A stretch of DNA of 64,000 nt from an uncultured delta proteobacterium. Its GTDB lineage: Bacteria; Desulfobacterota; Binatia; UBA9968. The notes under the pieces were generated by a model. That model was not told the origin of the DNA and searched no databases. It saw only the letters and a list, made by a program, of their open reading frames with translations. Both the position numbers and the translations under genes were made by a program. Every line of letters begins with the position of its first letter. The first letter of the stretch is position 1. Below are positions 1 through 10,173 of the stretch, piece by piece. The stretch covers positions 1-64,000 of the forward strand of contig CAVYTU010000002.1 of NCBI GenBank assembly GCA_963771465.1, in the 5' to 3' direction.

Positions 1-238
1 GCACTCCAGAATCACTAAATTCGCTCCCAACAATAGTTTGCGAAATCGGTTCAGCTACCTTCGTCAACAAATTGCTCTTGACTGCGTAATATCCACGACG
101 TTCGTTTTGTATCTTGAAAATCGTAATCCCGGCGGTCTCAAGCATCTGACCAATCACCCTCAACGACTTAGCATGAGTTATGCGACTGGGTTTTCGCCTG
201 ACAGAAAATTTGCTTTTCATAGGAACAATCCGAATCGC

Positions 239-271
239 GACACCCCCGGTGTTGGAAACCGAGGGGGTGTC
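239..271 (-). terminator. GC-rich hairpin downstream of the PepSY-like gene
   Basis: gacacccccggt...accgagggggtgtc inverted repeat; no strong U-tract. Confidence 0.4.
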
Positions 272-345
272 AGCACACACCGATTACTTTTCAGCATAAA
301 GACCTGGGTCAGCCCACGATTTCATCCTGTAAATGTCACCCCAAG

Positions 346-1107
346 CTATCGCAGTGCCTGCCTGTCGGTCCCTTTCAGCGCTTGTTTGGTGGCATTGGTT
401 TTCCACACATTCGTAGCCACGTCGATCTTAGTGGCCTTGTGACTATTCTTATCGACGTCAATTTGGACCTCATAGGACTGATCCCCTTTGACGATCTCAT
501 ACTCGACATAATCCGTCTTATCGTAGTTTACCGACGTTATTTTCCAACCCATTTTTTCTAGTTCGCGACGATAAAAATCCTTCGTATCACCGTATTGAGC
601 GCTTGTTCCAATTTATCTTCGGAATCTTTTGCCACTTTCATCCGATCGCGATCACTGTACCTTTCTGGATTGGGCGTCGTGCTTTTAGGATAAGCTACTT
701 TCTTTTTGTCTTTCAACGCTCGGTCGGTCGCGTCGGTTTGCCAGGCATTCGTAGTGACGTCAACTTTAGTCGCTTTATTGCTGTTTTTATCGAAGTCGAT
801 CTGAACTTCATACGAGTCGTCCCCTTTGACGATTTCGTATTCGACGTAGTCCGGCTTGTCGTAGTTCACCGAAGTGATTTGCCAGCCCAGCTTACCCAGC
901 TCCTTACGATAAAAGTCCTTGGTCTCGCCGGTCTTGAGCGCTTGTTCCAATTTATCTTCGGAATCTTTCCCAGTTCTCATTCGATCCCTGTCGCTATAAC
1001 GATTGGGCGAACCCACGTTGAGCCAGTCCGCGGCGATTGTCGCCGTGACCGGTATTGTCATTGTCATTCCAGATAATCAGACTCAAAAAGACTGTGCGGT
1101 TTTTCAT
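346..1107 (-). CDS. Secreted protein with tandem PepSY-like repeats (frameshifted)
   Basis: ATG at 1107 with AGAGGAG RBS; ORFs 558-1067 and 346-552 both carry GWxITSVNYDKxDYVEYEIVKGDxSYEVQID. Confidence 0.7.
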
Positions 1108-1225
1108 ATTAAACTCCTCTCAGTTCATTTTACCGTTCTGCTTCCTCAATAATGTTCTCAGGCCCGAACGCAAGTTCTTACATGGTATTACTGCTATCGC
1201 TTGAAGTGGCCACGTTTACGTCAAA

Positions 1226-1241
1226 AGCAATAGATATGCCA
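1226..1241 (-). promoter_or_regulatory. sigma54 (-24/-12) promoter
   Basis: TGGCATATCTATTGCT on minus strand, GG-N10-GC spacing, upstream of the PepSY-like gene. Confidence 0.65.
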
Positions 1242-1735
1242 TATCTTGCCAAGCTGATTTATCGACAGAATTTAGCGTTCGGCGGTTCCGATTTTGCTCC
1301 GCCGTCCCGGAGTTGGGATAGGGGATAACTCCAGGGCGCGGTGGACGTACAGCTACCTACAGTTTCATCCTCGAAACGGCGTTCATGAAAACGATCATTG
1401 GAAAAAGCTGTCGGACTATTGTGTGAGTCCCGGCGAGCGGTCAATTCCCTTGCTGTTAAGTCGCGGGCACAGGCTCAATAAATTTGATCTCCAACTCAGC
1501 AAAGGGAGTTACCCAGAAGCGAAAACTAGTGAGCGTTGGCATCTTTCTCTCCTCCTACTCCGGCTGCCGCGTTGATTCCCCCAAGTTTTACGAAGCGGGC
1601 ACTGGCCGCGGGAGCGATCAGCAGCCAATGCGCGGATACAAGTGCATGACATGGGACTGAGAAAATCGACGTGGAGCGGCGGTTCGACGGTGTCGTGGCT
1701 AAAGCATAAACCGATGGTGCCGCCAAGACCTGATT

Positions 1736-2179
1736 CTATGCTTTCACTGCCTGATCGGCATTTTGTGGACTCGAACCGACATCCTCAAAGTCACCCCGGA
1801 GCGCTTTCAATGCGTATTTTTCCCGGTCTATTTCTTCGCGAGTACGAACTCCCAAGCGACGAAATATCGGGACCGGGGGGCACCAGCCTTGTACCGCATG
1901 TTGGAACAGAAACGGTAAGACGATAGATGGCAGCAGAAGCCAATTTTTATTTTTCGTAGCACCCAGAAGAAGACCAACGAACGCTAGCGCTGAAGCGTTA
2001 GTTTCAAGCAGGCGTTCCATATCCCATTCGCGTTCTAGTTCGTGGATACGGTGGCCTATTTCAACTTTGCTCTTTCCGCTGTAATACGCGATGCGGTCCG
2101 AGATGCCGTGATCAATTAGCCGGTTTATCCCATCCGATGTGTTAGCCCTAACTCGATCTGGTTCGTTTAGATTTTCCAT
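1736..2179 (-). CDS. DUF2892/YgaP-like membrane protein
   Basis: ELEREWDMERLLETNAS...FLFQHAVQGWCPP...RRLGVRTREEIDREKYALKALRGDF. Confidence 0.75.
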   Translation of the reverse strand: MENLNEPDRVRANTSDGINRLIDHGISDRIAYYSGKSKVEIGHRIHELEREWDMERLLETNASALAFVGLLLGATKNKNWLLLPSIVLPFLFQHAVQGWCPPVPIFRRLGVRTREEIDREKYALKALRGDFEDVGSSPQNADQAVKA

Positions 2180-2320
2180 TGTCTTTACCTCTTTGGTCGG
2201 ACTTGCATTTTTTCAAAAAGACCCGGAATCCGCTTTAGCGGACGATCACTCGGCGAATCTCATTCGTAATCTGCTCGCAAAAAATATCGCGAGGTCCATA
2301 GCGGCGACAAACCAGAATGA

Positions 2321-2683
2321 TCATGCCGCCCATTTACTCCCTTCCCCCTGAACTCCCTTTTCTTGCTCTGCCTTACCTTTCCTTATACGTAATCCGCGTC
2401 GAACATAATCCGGGTCGAGGCCAAGGAAGTGGCATACGTTATCGAAGGAAAAGATCCAGCCGTCACCATCGTGCATAAGCCATTCCTCGGCTTCACGGAA
2501 CCGCTTTTTGCCATTTCGATCTTGTGCCCCACTGTATTTGCGATATTCCTGAATCGCATCATTGAGGATCGCAGCGACGAGCGCTTTCTCCGGGTCAAGA
2601 TGCTCGCTGCGACGAAATGTATCCGCGTACTGCTGCGTCATCAAACTGTCATCACCTATCATCGTGAAAGTGTCTTCCGCCAT
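2321..2683 (-). CDS. Conserved hypothetical protein
   Basis: RBS GGAG; PEKALxxAILxDAI...EAEEW...FSFxNVCxxLGLDPxYVRRGL pattern. Confidence 0.7.
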   Translation of the reverse strand: MAEDTFTMIGDDSLMTQQYADTFRRSEHLDPEKALVAAILNDAIQEYRKYSGAQDRNGKKRFREAEEWLMHDGDGWIFSFDNVCHFLGLDPDYVRRGLRIRKGKAEQEKGVQGEGSKWAA

Positions 2684-2847
2684 ATGTTTACTCCCTTCGC
2701 GCTGACTGTTCTCGATCGTTTCCTAGCAGAAAGAGCGTTTACAAGCGTCTTCTCATTTTGTATCGAGGCCATACAATCGCGCAACAGTAAATATAAGTCG
2801 CGTTGTTTATCTGGCAAGGGGGGCGGTTTGCACAAGTCCACGAGTTG

Positions 2848-2882
2848 AAAAAAGAAAGGGGTCCTGCGTGAGAGGACCCCTT
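2848..2882 (-). terminator. Intrinsic terminator after hsp20
   Basis: aaggggtcct...aggacccctt stem with a T-rich run on the minus strand; second hairpin at 2889-2911. Confidence 0.65.
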
Positions 2883-2929
2883 CGATTAAACCGCCCGCAG
2901 ATGGGGCGGTTGAAATAAGCCGGCGTAAG

Positions 2930-3396
2930 TTACGCGGCTTTCGATTCCAGCTTTTTGGTTTTGTCCTTTTGCTCGATCTCAATCGGAATTTTCGTCCAGC
3001 AAGCTGCGCCGGCAGCGGCAGTCGAATTTCTAGGACCCCGTGTTCATAGCGTGCTGCAATTTTGTCAGCCTCTACACCTTGGGGTAAGGCGATCTGCCGT
3101 TCAAACTTGCCATAGAAGGTTTCCCGATATTCCGGCCCCTTCTCCTCGCTCTTTCGTTCTCCCGTAATCGTGAGGAGATTGCCATCCGCCTGGACATGAA
3201 CATTCTTGGGATCGACGCCAGGAAGATCGACCCGGACGACATAGTCATTGTCTTTACGGTATGTCTCCATCCGAGGTACCCAGTTGTTTACAGAATTTTC
3301 ATGACCCTGGAAAAACCGGCCGAACAGATCATCGATATCACGATGCCAATTCGACAATTCTTCCCGGGGATTCCATCTCGCCAATTCACCAAACAT
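2930..3396 (-). CDS. Hsp20/alpha-crystallin small heat-shock protein (C-terminal frameshift)
   Basis: VDLPGVDP, LTITGER, YGKFERQIALP, ARYEHGVLEI; alternative frame gives KIPIEIEQ...KAA* ending 2930. Confidence 0.9.
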
Positions 3397-3538
3397 TGTC
3401 AGCTCCTCCTTTCATGTATGTGTGAATCTTTATTCGAAATTTAATTCCACATGAACCGATGTCAAGCCCCCTTTGCTGGCTTTTTAATTCGAGAAAGATT
3501 TAGTTGGTAATGCCCTTGGCGCGCCGAGAACGATTTGC

Positions 3539-3650
3539 ATGACCTGGAATGAAGACGATCTCGTGCAATTCGCGTGCAGTGCTATTGTTGCCGCAGCGCG
3601 AGAATTCGATGTGGAAATGCGAGATGCGGCACTAAAACCAATGCGACGTA
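3539..3650 (+). pseudogene. Truncated 5' copy of the gene at 8542
   Basis: MTWNEDDLVQFACSAIVAAAREFD vs MIWNEDSLVESACSALVNLAGELD; similar upstream DNA. Confidence 0.6.
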
Positions 3651-3765
3651 TTTTGGAACCGCTAAGCCGCTTGGCTCGATGCAGCGGTTCGAATCCGCTC
3701 GCGCCGCCAATCAACCATCCCGCGAGCAGATCAAACGCCTCGTTTGCTATAAATCTTTGCACTCC

Positions 3766-4029
3766 TCATCGATCGCTGGCTCCGAGCAACGGATCGAGTT
3801 GTCCATTGCTCTCTAATTCGCGCATGTCGTCGTACCCGCCGATCGGCTGACCGTCAATAAAAATCTGCGGCACCGTCCAGCGTTGCGACATCCGCTCCAT
3901 TTCGGCTCGCTTGGGTGCATCGTCGGTCACGTCAATCTCTTCGAACTGCACATTCTTCCCGCGCAAAAAAGCTTTTGCGCGGCTACAATAGGGACAATAA
4001 CGGGTCGTATAGATTATCAGCTGGGCCAT
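3766..4029 (-). CDS. grxC: Glutaredoxin 3
   Basis: CPYC active site, TVPQIFI, IGGYDD. Confidence 0.9.
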   Translation of the reverse strand: MAQLIIYTTRYCPYCSRAKAFLRGKNVQFEEIDVTDDAPKRAEMERMSQRWTVPQIFIDGQPIGGYDDMRELESNGQLDPLLGASDR

Positions 4030-4164
4030 GTTGGGTTCTTCCGTTTAAATCGGTCCGCTTTCATTCTAGCTGTTGACAGTGGCTGCCTGTTTTGTCGAAG
4101 CCGCCAACGCAAATAAGATAGTGGCAATCGCTAACAACACTAGCCTTAAAATCAATTAATCACT

Positions 4165-4568
4165 TCACGAACCAGAACTACCACCGTCACTAGAACTGGA
4201 ACTTCTATCGCTGCTGGAACTTGAGTTCCTAGATTCACTTGAACTCTCGGACCACGAGTATGACGCACCTGCACCGCCGAACGAACTACCTTGCCCGGTA
4301 AACGGCTCAGGAGTCGGAACAGACGGGGTATTTAAAACACTGGCAAGCGCCAGGCTATCATCCTCTGAATGGCTTGTTGCTTTTACCTCTTCGACTGTTG
4401 TCGTCTTGGCATTGGGCCCGGCATTGGTCTGTATCTCTTGATATCATAGTCCACCCTCCGGTAACCGATGCCAAAACACAGTGCGCAAATCTTTTTAAAG
4501 AAAATCCATTTTCGACCGTACCCCGTGCCGTCACACGTCCGACACTTTACATAACTATTAGTTGCCAT
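4165..4568 (-). CDS. Small protein with DnaJ-type CxxCxGxG zinc finger and Gly/Ser-rich tail (one frameshift)
   Basis: CRTCDGTG and CALCFGIG; shifted frame continues ...FTGQGSSFGGAGASYSWSESSS...GGSSGS*. Confidence 0.5.
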
Positions 4569-4706
4569 GATTTATTTCTCCTCGGCGCATTACAGCCTGC
4601 GTGATTCGTAGTCGCAAAGGCGACTTGCCAAGCCTTAGCATGAAGATCGAGCGAATCGACTAACGTACCGTCGACGTCGAAAGATCACCGCTTCAATCAT
4701 CATTAC

Positions 4707-4868
4707 TCATGCGCAGTCTACATGGCCGCATTTGCATTCGTCCGTGCTACCCTCAGGTCCGATATTGGCGCAAAATCTGCTGCAGAACGTCTCCCCATCT
4801 TTGTCAATGCCTTTCCCGTCTTGCACAACGCAATCACAATCATCGTGAGCGCAATTCAGTTCCGCCAT
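4707..4868 (-). CDS. Bacterial metallothionein (SmtA/BmtA-like), 53 aa
   Basis: Manual translation MAELNCAHDDCDCVVQDGKGIDKDGETFCSRFCANIGPEGSTDECKCGHVDCA; AAGGAG RBS; below ORF-track cutoff. Confidence 0.8.
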   Translation of the reverse strand: MAELNCAHDDCDCVVQDGKGIDKDGETFCSRFCANIGPEGSTDECKCGHVDCA

Positions 4869-4906
4869 TGGAGGCATCTCCTTTCACTTAGATCACATAG
4901 AACGGT

Positions 4907-4922
4907 AGCAACCCAGATGCCA
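4907..4922 (-). promoter_or_regulatory. sigma54 promoter of the metallothionein gene
   Basis: TGGCATCTGGGTTGCT, GG-N10-GC. Confidence 0.65.
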
Positions 4923-5136
4923 TTGCGCGAGAAAAAAAAATCTAATGACTGGTTGCTCGGTTACACAGTTGGAGTTGTAACTATGACAGAGTTTAAAAGC
5001 CTTATTCTGACCACTGGACGAATTTGATGCGAGATCGCGTCTCTTTCTCGGGACGCCACAATAGATGTTTGCGCTTGATTTTGGGACACAACTTCGGATG
5101 GCGGGTTTAATGGCGATTGTTTCTGACAGTTATTAC

Positions 5137-5152
5137 TGGCGGTAGTTTTGCT
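5137..5152 (+). promoter_or_regulatory. sigma54-like promoter of the csbD-like gene
   Basis: TGGCGGTAGTTTTGCT, GG-N10-GC. Confidence 0.45.
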
Positions 5153-5213
5153 TTTAGCATTGTTGTTAAAAATCGCAGCCAAAACGGTCGACGAAATAAA
5201 TGAGGACAAACCT

Positions 5214-5366
5214 ATGAACAATAATATTTCTGCTGGGCAGTGAAAGCAGATGCGCGGCGACCTGAAATCGTGGTGGGGCAGACTCACCGATGATGAGCTG
5301 GACTTAATCGGCGGTCATAAAGACAAGCTGATCGGTTAGTGCAGGAGCGATACGGGTATGCTCGCG
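5214..5366 (+). pseudogene. CsbD/YjbJ family stress protein, disrupted
   Basis: MNNNISAGQ*KQMRGDLKSWWGRLTDDELDLIGGHKDKLIG//VQERYGYAR; TGA at the conserved Trp plus a frameshift. Confidence 0.75.
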
Positions 5367-5483
5367 GTGTTGGCCTCGGCTACTTGCTCGCCCGGCGCAC
5401 GAGGTAAAGCATGCACAACGGATCGCCACCGGCCAAAGAACCAGGCTTCATATCATAAGAGGGAGAGCCAAACATTGCACAAA

Positions 5484-5979
5484 ATGGAAAAGCGCGACGA
5501 GGCCCGACGTCTATTTGTAGACGAGGGCCTGACTTACCCTGAGATTGCGCGCGCAATACGGATACCGATAGGCACTCTTAAAAGCTGGGGGATTAAGGGT
5601 AAATGGAAGCAGGCCCGTCAAGCGTATCAAGGCTCCGGTGAAACTCTCGATGCATCGATTGATAAGGTAAAGCTGTTGATCATCGATAAACTCGTGAATG
5701 TCTTCAATGGTTCGGCGCCGTTCGAAAGCGAGGTGGTTTACGCTACCGTTAAAGCAGGCGTGTTTCTTTTGTTGTTACAGGCCGACTGCGGCAGGGGAAA
5801 TTCGCAGGCGGTGTTGGATCTGCTCGAAGCGCTCAACAAGACCGACGACCGTATCGGGCGCGTACCGAAAAGCACGCATCTGTCTAGGGGCGGAGATGGA
5901 CACCGTGGCGGAAATCGCACACGTCCTTGATGCCACGGCGTTTGAAAACCGTGATCCGTTACTCATCTTCAACGCCTGA
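5484..5979 (+). CDS. Phage-type HTH protein (DUF1804/terminase small subunit-like), frameshifted
   Basis: KRDEARRLFVDEGLTYPEIARAIRIPIGTLKSWGIKGKWKQAR. Confidence 0.55.
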
Positions 5980-5999
5980 TTTTAGGTGTGGCGAAATTG

Positions 6000-6197
6000 A
6001 TGGCGAGTTATCTTAAGCCGCTAGTCTGTCCCCGCTGTGGATGGCACCAGCGTGAGGCCATCTCTTCGCTTTCCGGTGATTAGAGTGCGCTTTTGAACTT
6101 TGTGTATATTCGGTCCTTCCGTTGTAAGGAATGCAGATATCTATTCTGGAGGATAAAAAGACCGCCAGAAAATCCCTCCGCGCCGATTAACTTATAG
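6000..6197 (+). pseudogene. Small zinc-ribbon protein with internal stop
   Basis: CPRCG...*...RSFRCKECRYLF; in-frame TAG at 6081. Confidence 0.4.
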
Positions 6198-6813
6198 ATA
6201 TCGTCGATATGGATTATGGGGAGATTTTGCTATTGATTGCGGTTATTGCGGCGATATTCGTTTACTTCCCGGTAACGAGAGGATGATCCGCATCTGTCGA
6301 GACGGGTGTTGATCGGCGTTTTTAGCTTCACACGGAACTGGCATCACATGGTTTATGAGGAAGCCGGCTATGCTGTTTGTACCCGATGCGCGAAAATGCC
6401 GATGGCGAGAAAGTCCGCGCCTATTTCAATCTACTGGTATGCTTTCCTGTAGATAAGGTCATGAACAAACTTTTCGCCGAGCCGTGGTTCAGGTGGAAGG
6501 AAGCAAAAACCAAACGCCAAATGTGCTAATCTTGGTTTGCTACGATGGTTGGAGGGCGAAACACGAAACGACCATCGCGATTGCGGATTTAAGTAAGCTA
6601 CCAATCCTGTCATGACCCCAACCAACATCGGTCCGCGACGACTCTTCGACGAGATGGCATGAGGGGAGCGATACAATGAGGAACTTTTCAGAATTACAAA
6701 GGTTCACAATCCACCGCTTGAATGGGCAACACCCGAGCAGCGGTATCGAGCGGCACTCCGAGCGTTACGAAAATGGTCAGCCGCGAGCTCTGCGCCGTCA
6801 ACACTAAGGTGAC

Positions 6814-7133
6814 TTAGCTCTTGCTTGCCTGCATAGCTATAATCCGGTCCTTGACCTTATCGTAGGTGGCTTGCGGAACGATTTTCCTTGAAACGAGTTG
6901 GTCTTTTTTCTGGTAGGGACGACTGTCTCGATTTTTTGCGCATAAGCATCGCCGATTCCCGGAAGCGCTTTTAGGTCGTCAATCGACGCGGTGTTAATAT
7001 CTAGTAGTTTGGTTTTGGAAGGTGCTTTTTGGGTCTCAGCTTTTGTGATCTCCGCTGCCGGACTCCAGTCTGGGGAGTTACCGACAAGAGCACAAACAAA
7101 CACTGCTGCCAGTAAAGATTTGACTAGCCTCAT
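6814..7133 (-). CDS. ComEA-like helix-hairpin-helix protein (frameshifted)
   Basis: Signal peptide; LLDINTASIDDLKALPGIGDAYAQKI; shifted frame ends DKVKDRIIAMQASKS*. Confidence 0.8.
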
Positions 7134-7241
7134 TCTTCGCCTCCTATTGTTCTGAGAGAGAACCAGAGTATCGATTTGACCGGGCTGACCCATTATTAGT
7201 TAGGCCGCGAAGGGACCGCCATGTTTGACGGCCCTTCGCGG

Positions 7242-7424
7242 CTATCGGGCCTGGCCAGGCTCCGACTGTGGATCCTTTTGTCGAGTCGCGGTCACGCCGT
7301 GAACGATCGCTATGCCGATCAAACAGAGAATGGATACGCCGATCCATTGCATCGGGACGTTGAGCATGCTCCGATCGCCAGGCCGGTGATCAGTATGTGT
7401 ATCCGACGAGATCCCAAATGACAT
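7242..7424 (-). CDS. Small membrane protein (probably frameshifted)
   Basis: AAGGAGG RBS; VPMQWIGVSILCLIGIAIVHGVTATRQKDP. Confidence 0.5.
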   Translation of the reverse strand: MSFGISSDTHTDHRPGDRSMLNVPMQWIGVSILCLIGIAIVHGVTATRQKDPQSEPGQAR

Positions 7425-7467
7425 TGCGATCCTCCTTACGGCTACCTAGCGATATTCAGCATCCACG

Positions 7468-7614
7468 CTACATTTTCTTCTTCACCGAATCTGCCGCGTC
7501 TTGAGTCTTTTCTCCGGCCCGCTCAACGTCTTCTCCAATACCATGAACTGTGTTGCAAGCCACGTTCGTGCCTAACAGAACCAACATAAGCGTTCCCAAA
7601 ATTATCGTGCGCAT
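7468..7614 (-). CDS. Entericidin A/B family lipoprotein, 48 aa
   Basis: Manual translation MRTIILGTLMLVLLGTNVACNTVHGIGEDVERAGEKTQDAADSVKKKM; lipobox and CNTxxGxGxD motif; AAGGAG RBS. Confidence 0.85.
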   Translation of the reverse strand: MRTIILGTLMLVLLGTNVACNTVHGIGEDVERAGEKTQDAADSVKKKM

Positions 7615-7658
7615 ATCGATCTCCTTCTCTGTTCAAATTTCTAACAAGAACGACCTTG

Positions 7659-7674
7659 TGCACTATCTGTGCCA
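7659..7674 (-). promoter_or_regulatory. sigma54 promoter of the entericidin gene cluster
   Basis: TGGCACAGATAGTGCA, GG-N10-GC. Confidence 0.55.
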
Positions 7675-7971
7675 GATGATCACATATTGAAAAAGATTCA
7701 GGTTTATATGAACTCTCGAAAAGTTTCAGAAGAAAAAACCGGACAAATCCTTAAAAGCGTCGAGACTCTCGACAAGACACGGTTCGGTCGAACGCGATCA
7801 GTATAAAAGTCGCGCATGATCCAGTTTTATTTCTCTGCCTCATCCGCACCGATTTCGTACCTCTGAGATCGACATAAACGTTTTCCCCCACGACCCTAAA
7901 GGTGCCGACAGCGTTCGTCGAAACGCGATTGGGTTGACGCCGGGCGCCGATAGGAATATAGGCCCACTTAG

Positions 7972-8205
7972 ATGCAGACTGCTAAAAACAAATTATCTGG
8001 CATTCCATTCACCGGCCAGGATGCTCGCGTGTTCCAAGACCTTTTCGATGCACTGGAAGATGTTTACGGTAACGAGGCTCAAAGCTATATGCGCCAATAT
8101 CTCAAACTCTGGCCGGAGTATCTCAAACTCCAAGAAAGCGGAGTGAAGGTAAGAATTTCACCGCCTCACTTTGGTCGGCGACCGCTACTCATCATTGATA
8201 GGTGA
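7972..8205 (+). CDS. Hypothetical protein
   Basis: 77 aa ORF with ATG, co-directional with downstream ORFs. Confidence 0.5.
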   Translation: MQTAKNKLSGIPFTGQDARVFQDLFDALEDVYGNEAQSYMRQYLKLWPEYLKLQESGVKVRISPPHFGRRPLLIIDR

Positions 8206-8209
8206 ACGT

Positions 8210-8446
8210 ATGCTCGACCCGGAACAAACCAACGACCGGCGATTATTCATTCAACAGCTGAGCGAACTCAATGCAGAGCGAATAGAGAACGAGATGGCAG
8301 ATCAACACCGAGCTTGGAAACTGCTACTCGAAGAGAAAAACCGAGCGACCATCGAAAGAATCATGACGTGTAAGATCCGTGGAGTTTTTGAGACGGAATT
8401 GAATTCTAACGCGCCGCAGGCCTTGCAACGCCATCGTACCAATTGA
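8210..8446 (+). CDS. Hypothetical helical protein
   Basis: ATG at 8210 just after the previous stop. Confidence 0.4.
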   Translation: MLDPEQTNDRRLFIQQLSELNAERIENEMADQHRAWKLLLEEKNRATIERIMTCKIRGVFETELNSNAPQALQRHRTN

Positions 8447-8541
8447 ACTAGATTCTCCGTCAGTTAAGTTTCGTTACTATCGAACCCGACGATTCAATTC
8501 CCTGTGCTCGCTCCGTACTAGCCTATCCCAAGAATGATTGC

Positions 8542-9156
8542 ATGATCTGGAATGAAGACAGTCTCGTGGAATCTGCGTGCAGTGCTCTCGTTAACCTAGC
8601 GGGGGAGTTGGATTTCGAGAATGCGACACGCGGCATCGACTGTCTAAATGAACTGGACCTCCAGCACCGTATCTCTGAAACTCTAAATTTGCACAACGTT
8701 GTGGCGGTGAAGGAAGCGCGCTATCCAGCAGCGCATATTATAGAACGCCTCAATCACGGCAAGCGTTGCGACCTCCTGTTGTTCCACGATTCGAAAGATT
8801 TAGAGTTAGTCTCCCAATTTGACGCCAACAAGATTGGCTACTGGCTAGAGATCAAACGAGTTGCGCAGTTTCTTGAGTCCGGACCGAATTGGCATTACGA
8901 ACGCACGTTGTTAGAGACGTTACCCCAGGATGTTTTCAAGCTCGCCAATGACCCTGAGATTTTCTATGCAGGCCTGCTAGTAATTCTTTTCACTAGTAAT
9001 CCGTCCATGGGAAAGCGCGATCTTCAGACCTGGAAGTGTCACGCGATGAGTCGTGGATGTCCCGTTGGAATTCCTCGAATCTGCGATTTCAGCATCAGCA
9101 ATCGAATCGGCAATGAACACGTGTTTGTTGCCCTTTTTCCGGTTCGTCGACTCTAG
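8542..9156 (+). CDS. Hypothetical protein, PD-(D/E)XK nuclease-like
   Basis: NELDLQ...EARYP...KRCDLLL...WLEIK. Confidence 0.6.
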   Translation: MIWNEDSLVESACSALVNLAGELDFENATRGIDCLNELDLQHRISETLNLHNVVAVKEARYPAAHIIERLNHGKRCDLLLFHDSKDLELVSQFDANKIGYWLEIKRVAQFLESGPNWHYERTLLETLPQDVFKLANDPEIFYAGLLVILFTSNPSMGKRDLQTWKCHAMSRGCPVGIPRICDFSISNRIGNEHVFVALFPVRRL

Positions 9157-9210
9157 CTCGGTGATGAACGGGGCCAGATCGCTGACCAGTGTGGTACGGT
9201 CCCTGGAATT

Positions 9211-10170
9211 GTGGCGAGACAAAAGAAATTGAAACCGCGTCAACGAGGGTTGAGCGGGATTGACGGAGTGGATTTCGTCCGCTGCCGGATATGTGGCGAC
9301 CACCATCGCGTCATCAGCGGACGGCATCTTTCCAAGCATGGTATCGACCGACTGGCATACATGGAAGATTACCATCTCAGCCCCGACCAACTCATCGCCA
9401 AGGATTTTCGGACGCTACGAAGCTCACGCCCCGGATTTCAGCCATACGGTAAGAGCGACTGGATTACGGCGATCCGAGCAATCTATAGAAAGGACGGCAA
9501 CGTCTCACCCAAATATCTCCAAGCGAAACACCGGCACATTTACAATCAAGCCCGCTGGATTTTTGGTGATTTCGACAAAGCGCTGCAAGCTGCGGGATTG
9601 GACCCATCAAAGATGCGGGTACGAGTTTCTTGGGACAAGGATAAAATCATCGCGGCCATTCGCCGCCTGCGCCAGCAAAAGCTGCCGCTCTACGCTCATT
9701 ATGCAAATACGAATCACACAAAACTCTTCGCAAGTGCCTTGCACCATTACGGGTCATGGCCAAAGGCGCTGGCGGCAGCTTTACCCAAGTCACAGGTTCC
9801 AGCCAAGCTCCTAACTCCAATTCAGATATTGAGGGCGTTGCGGGATGCAAGCGGTGACGTTCCGCATTCCCTGCGTTTGCAAGCCGAGTATTACTTCGGA
9901 AGTTTGTCGAAGGCGCGAGCAGCGGTGAGGAAAGACCCACGAATGCGGAGCGGTTGGAGCAGCGAGAAAATATTAACCGTACTACGCCGAATGCATAGGG
10001 ATCGCAAAGGTCTTGGTTACGGCGATGCACGGCGACAGGCTACGAGGCTAGTAACGGCCGCGGAGGCATATTTCGGAAGTTGGGGTAGGGCACTAGATGC
10101 CGCAGGCATTGATCCCAATTTGTATTTTGTTCATCACAAGTGGCGCAAGTCGAGAGTTAATCACGCTTGA
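9211..10170 (+). CDS. Basic protein with N-terminal C2H2 (MucR-like) zinc finger and repeated FGSWxxALxAAG units
   Basis: CRICG...HLSKH; IFGDFDKALQAAG, HYGSWPKALAAA, YFGSLSKARAA, YFGSWGRALDAAG (homing-endonuclease-associated repeat-like). Confidence 0.7.
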   Translation: MARQKKLKPRQRGLSGIDGVDFVRCRICGDHHRVISGRHLSKHGIDRLAYMEDYHLSPDQLIAKDFRTLRSSRPGFQPYGKSDWITAIRAIYRKDGNVSPKYLQAKHRHIYNQARWIFGDFDKALQAAGLDPSKMRVRVSWDKDKIIAAIRRLRQQKLPLYAHYANTNHTKLFASALHHYGSWPKALAAALPKSQVPAKLLTPIQILRALRDASGDVPHSLRLQAEYYFGSLSKARAAVRKDPRMRSGWSSEKILTVLRRMHRDRKGLGYGDARRQATRLVTAAEAYFGSWGRALDAAGIDPNLYFVHHKWRKSRVNHA

Positions 10171-10173
10171 CAT

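Noticed and set aside
5214-5366. TGA recoding (Trp or Sec) in the csbD-like gene
   Set aside because: The gene also has a frameshift, and TGA is a normal stop elsewhere in the window
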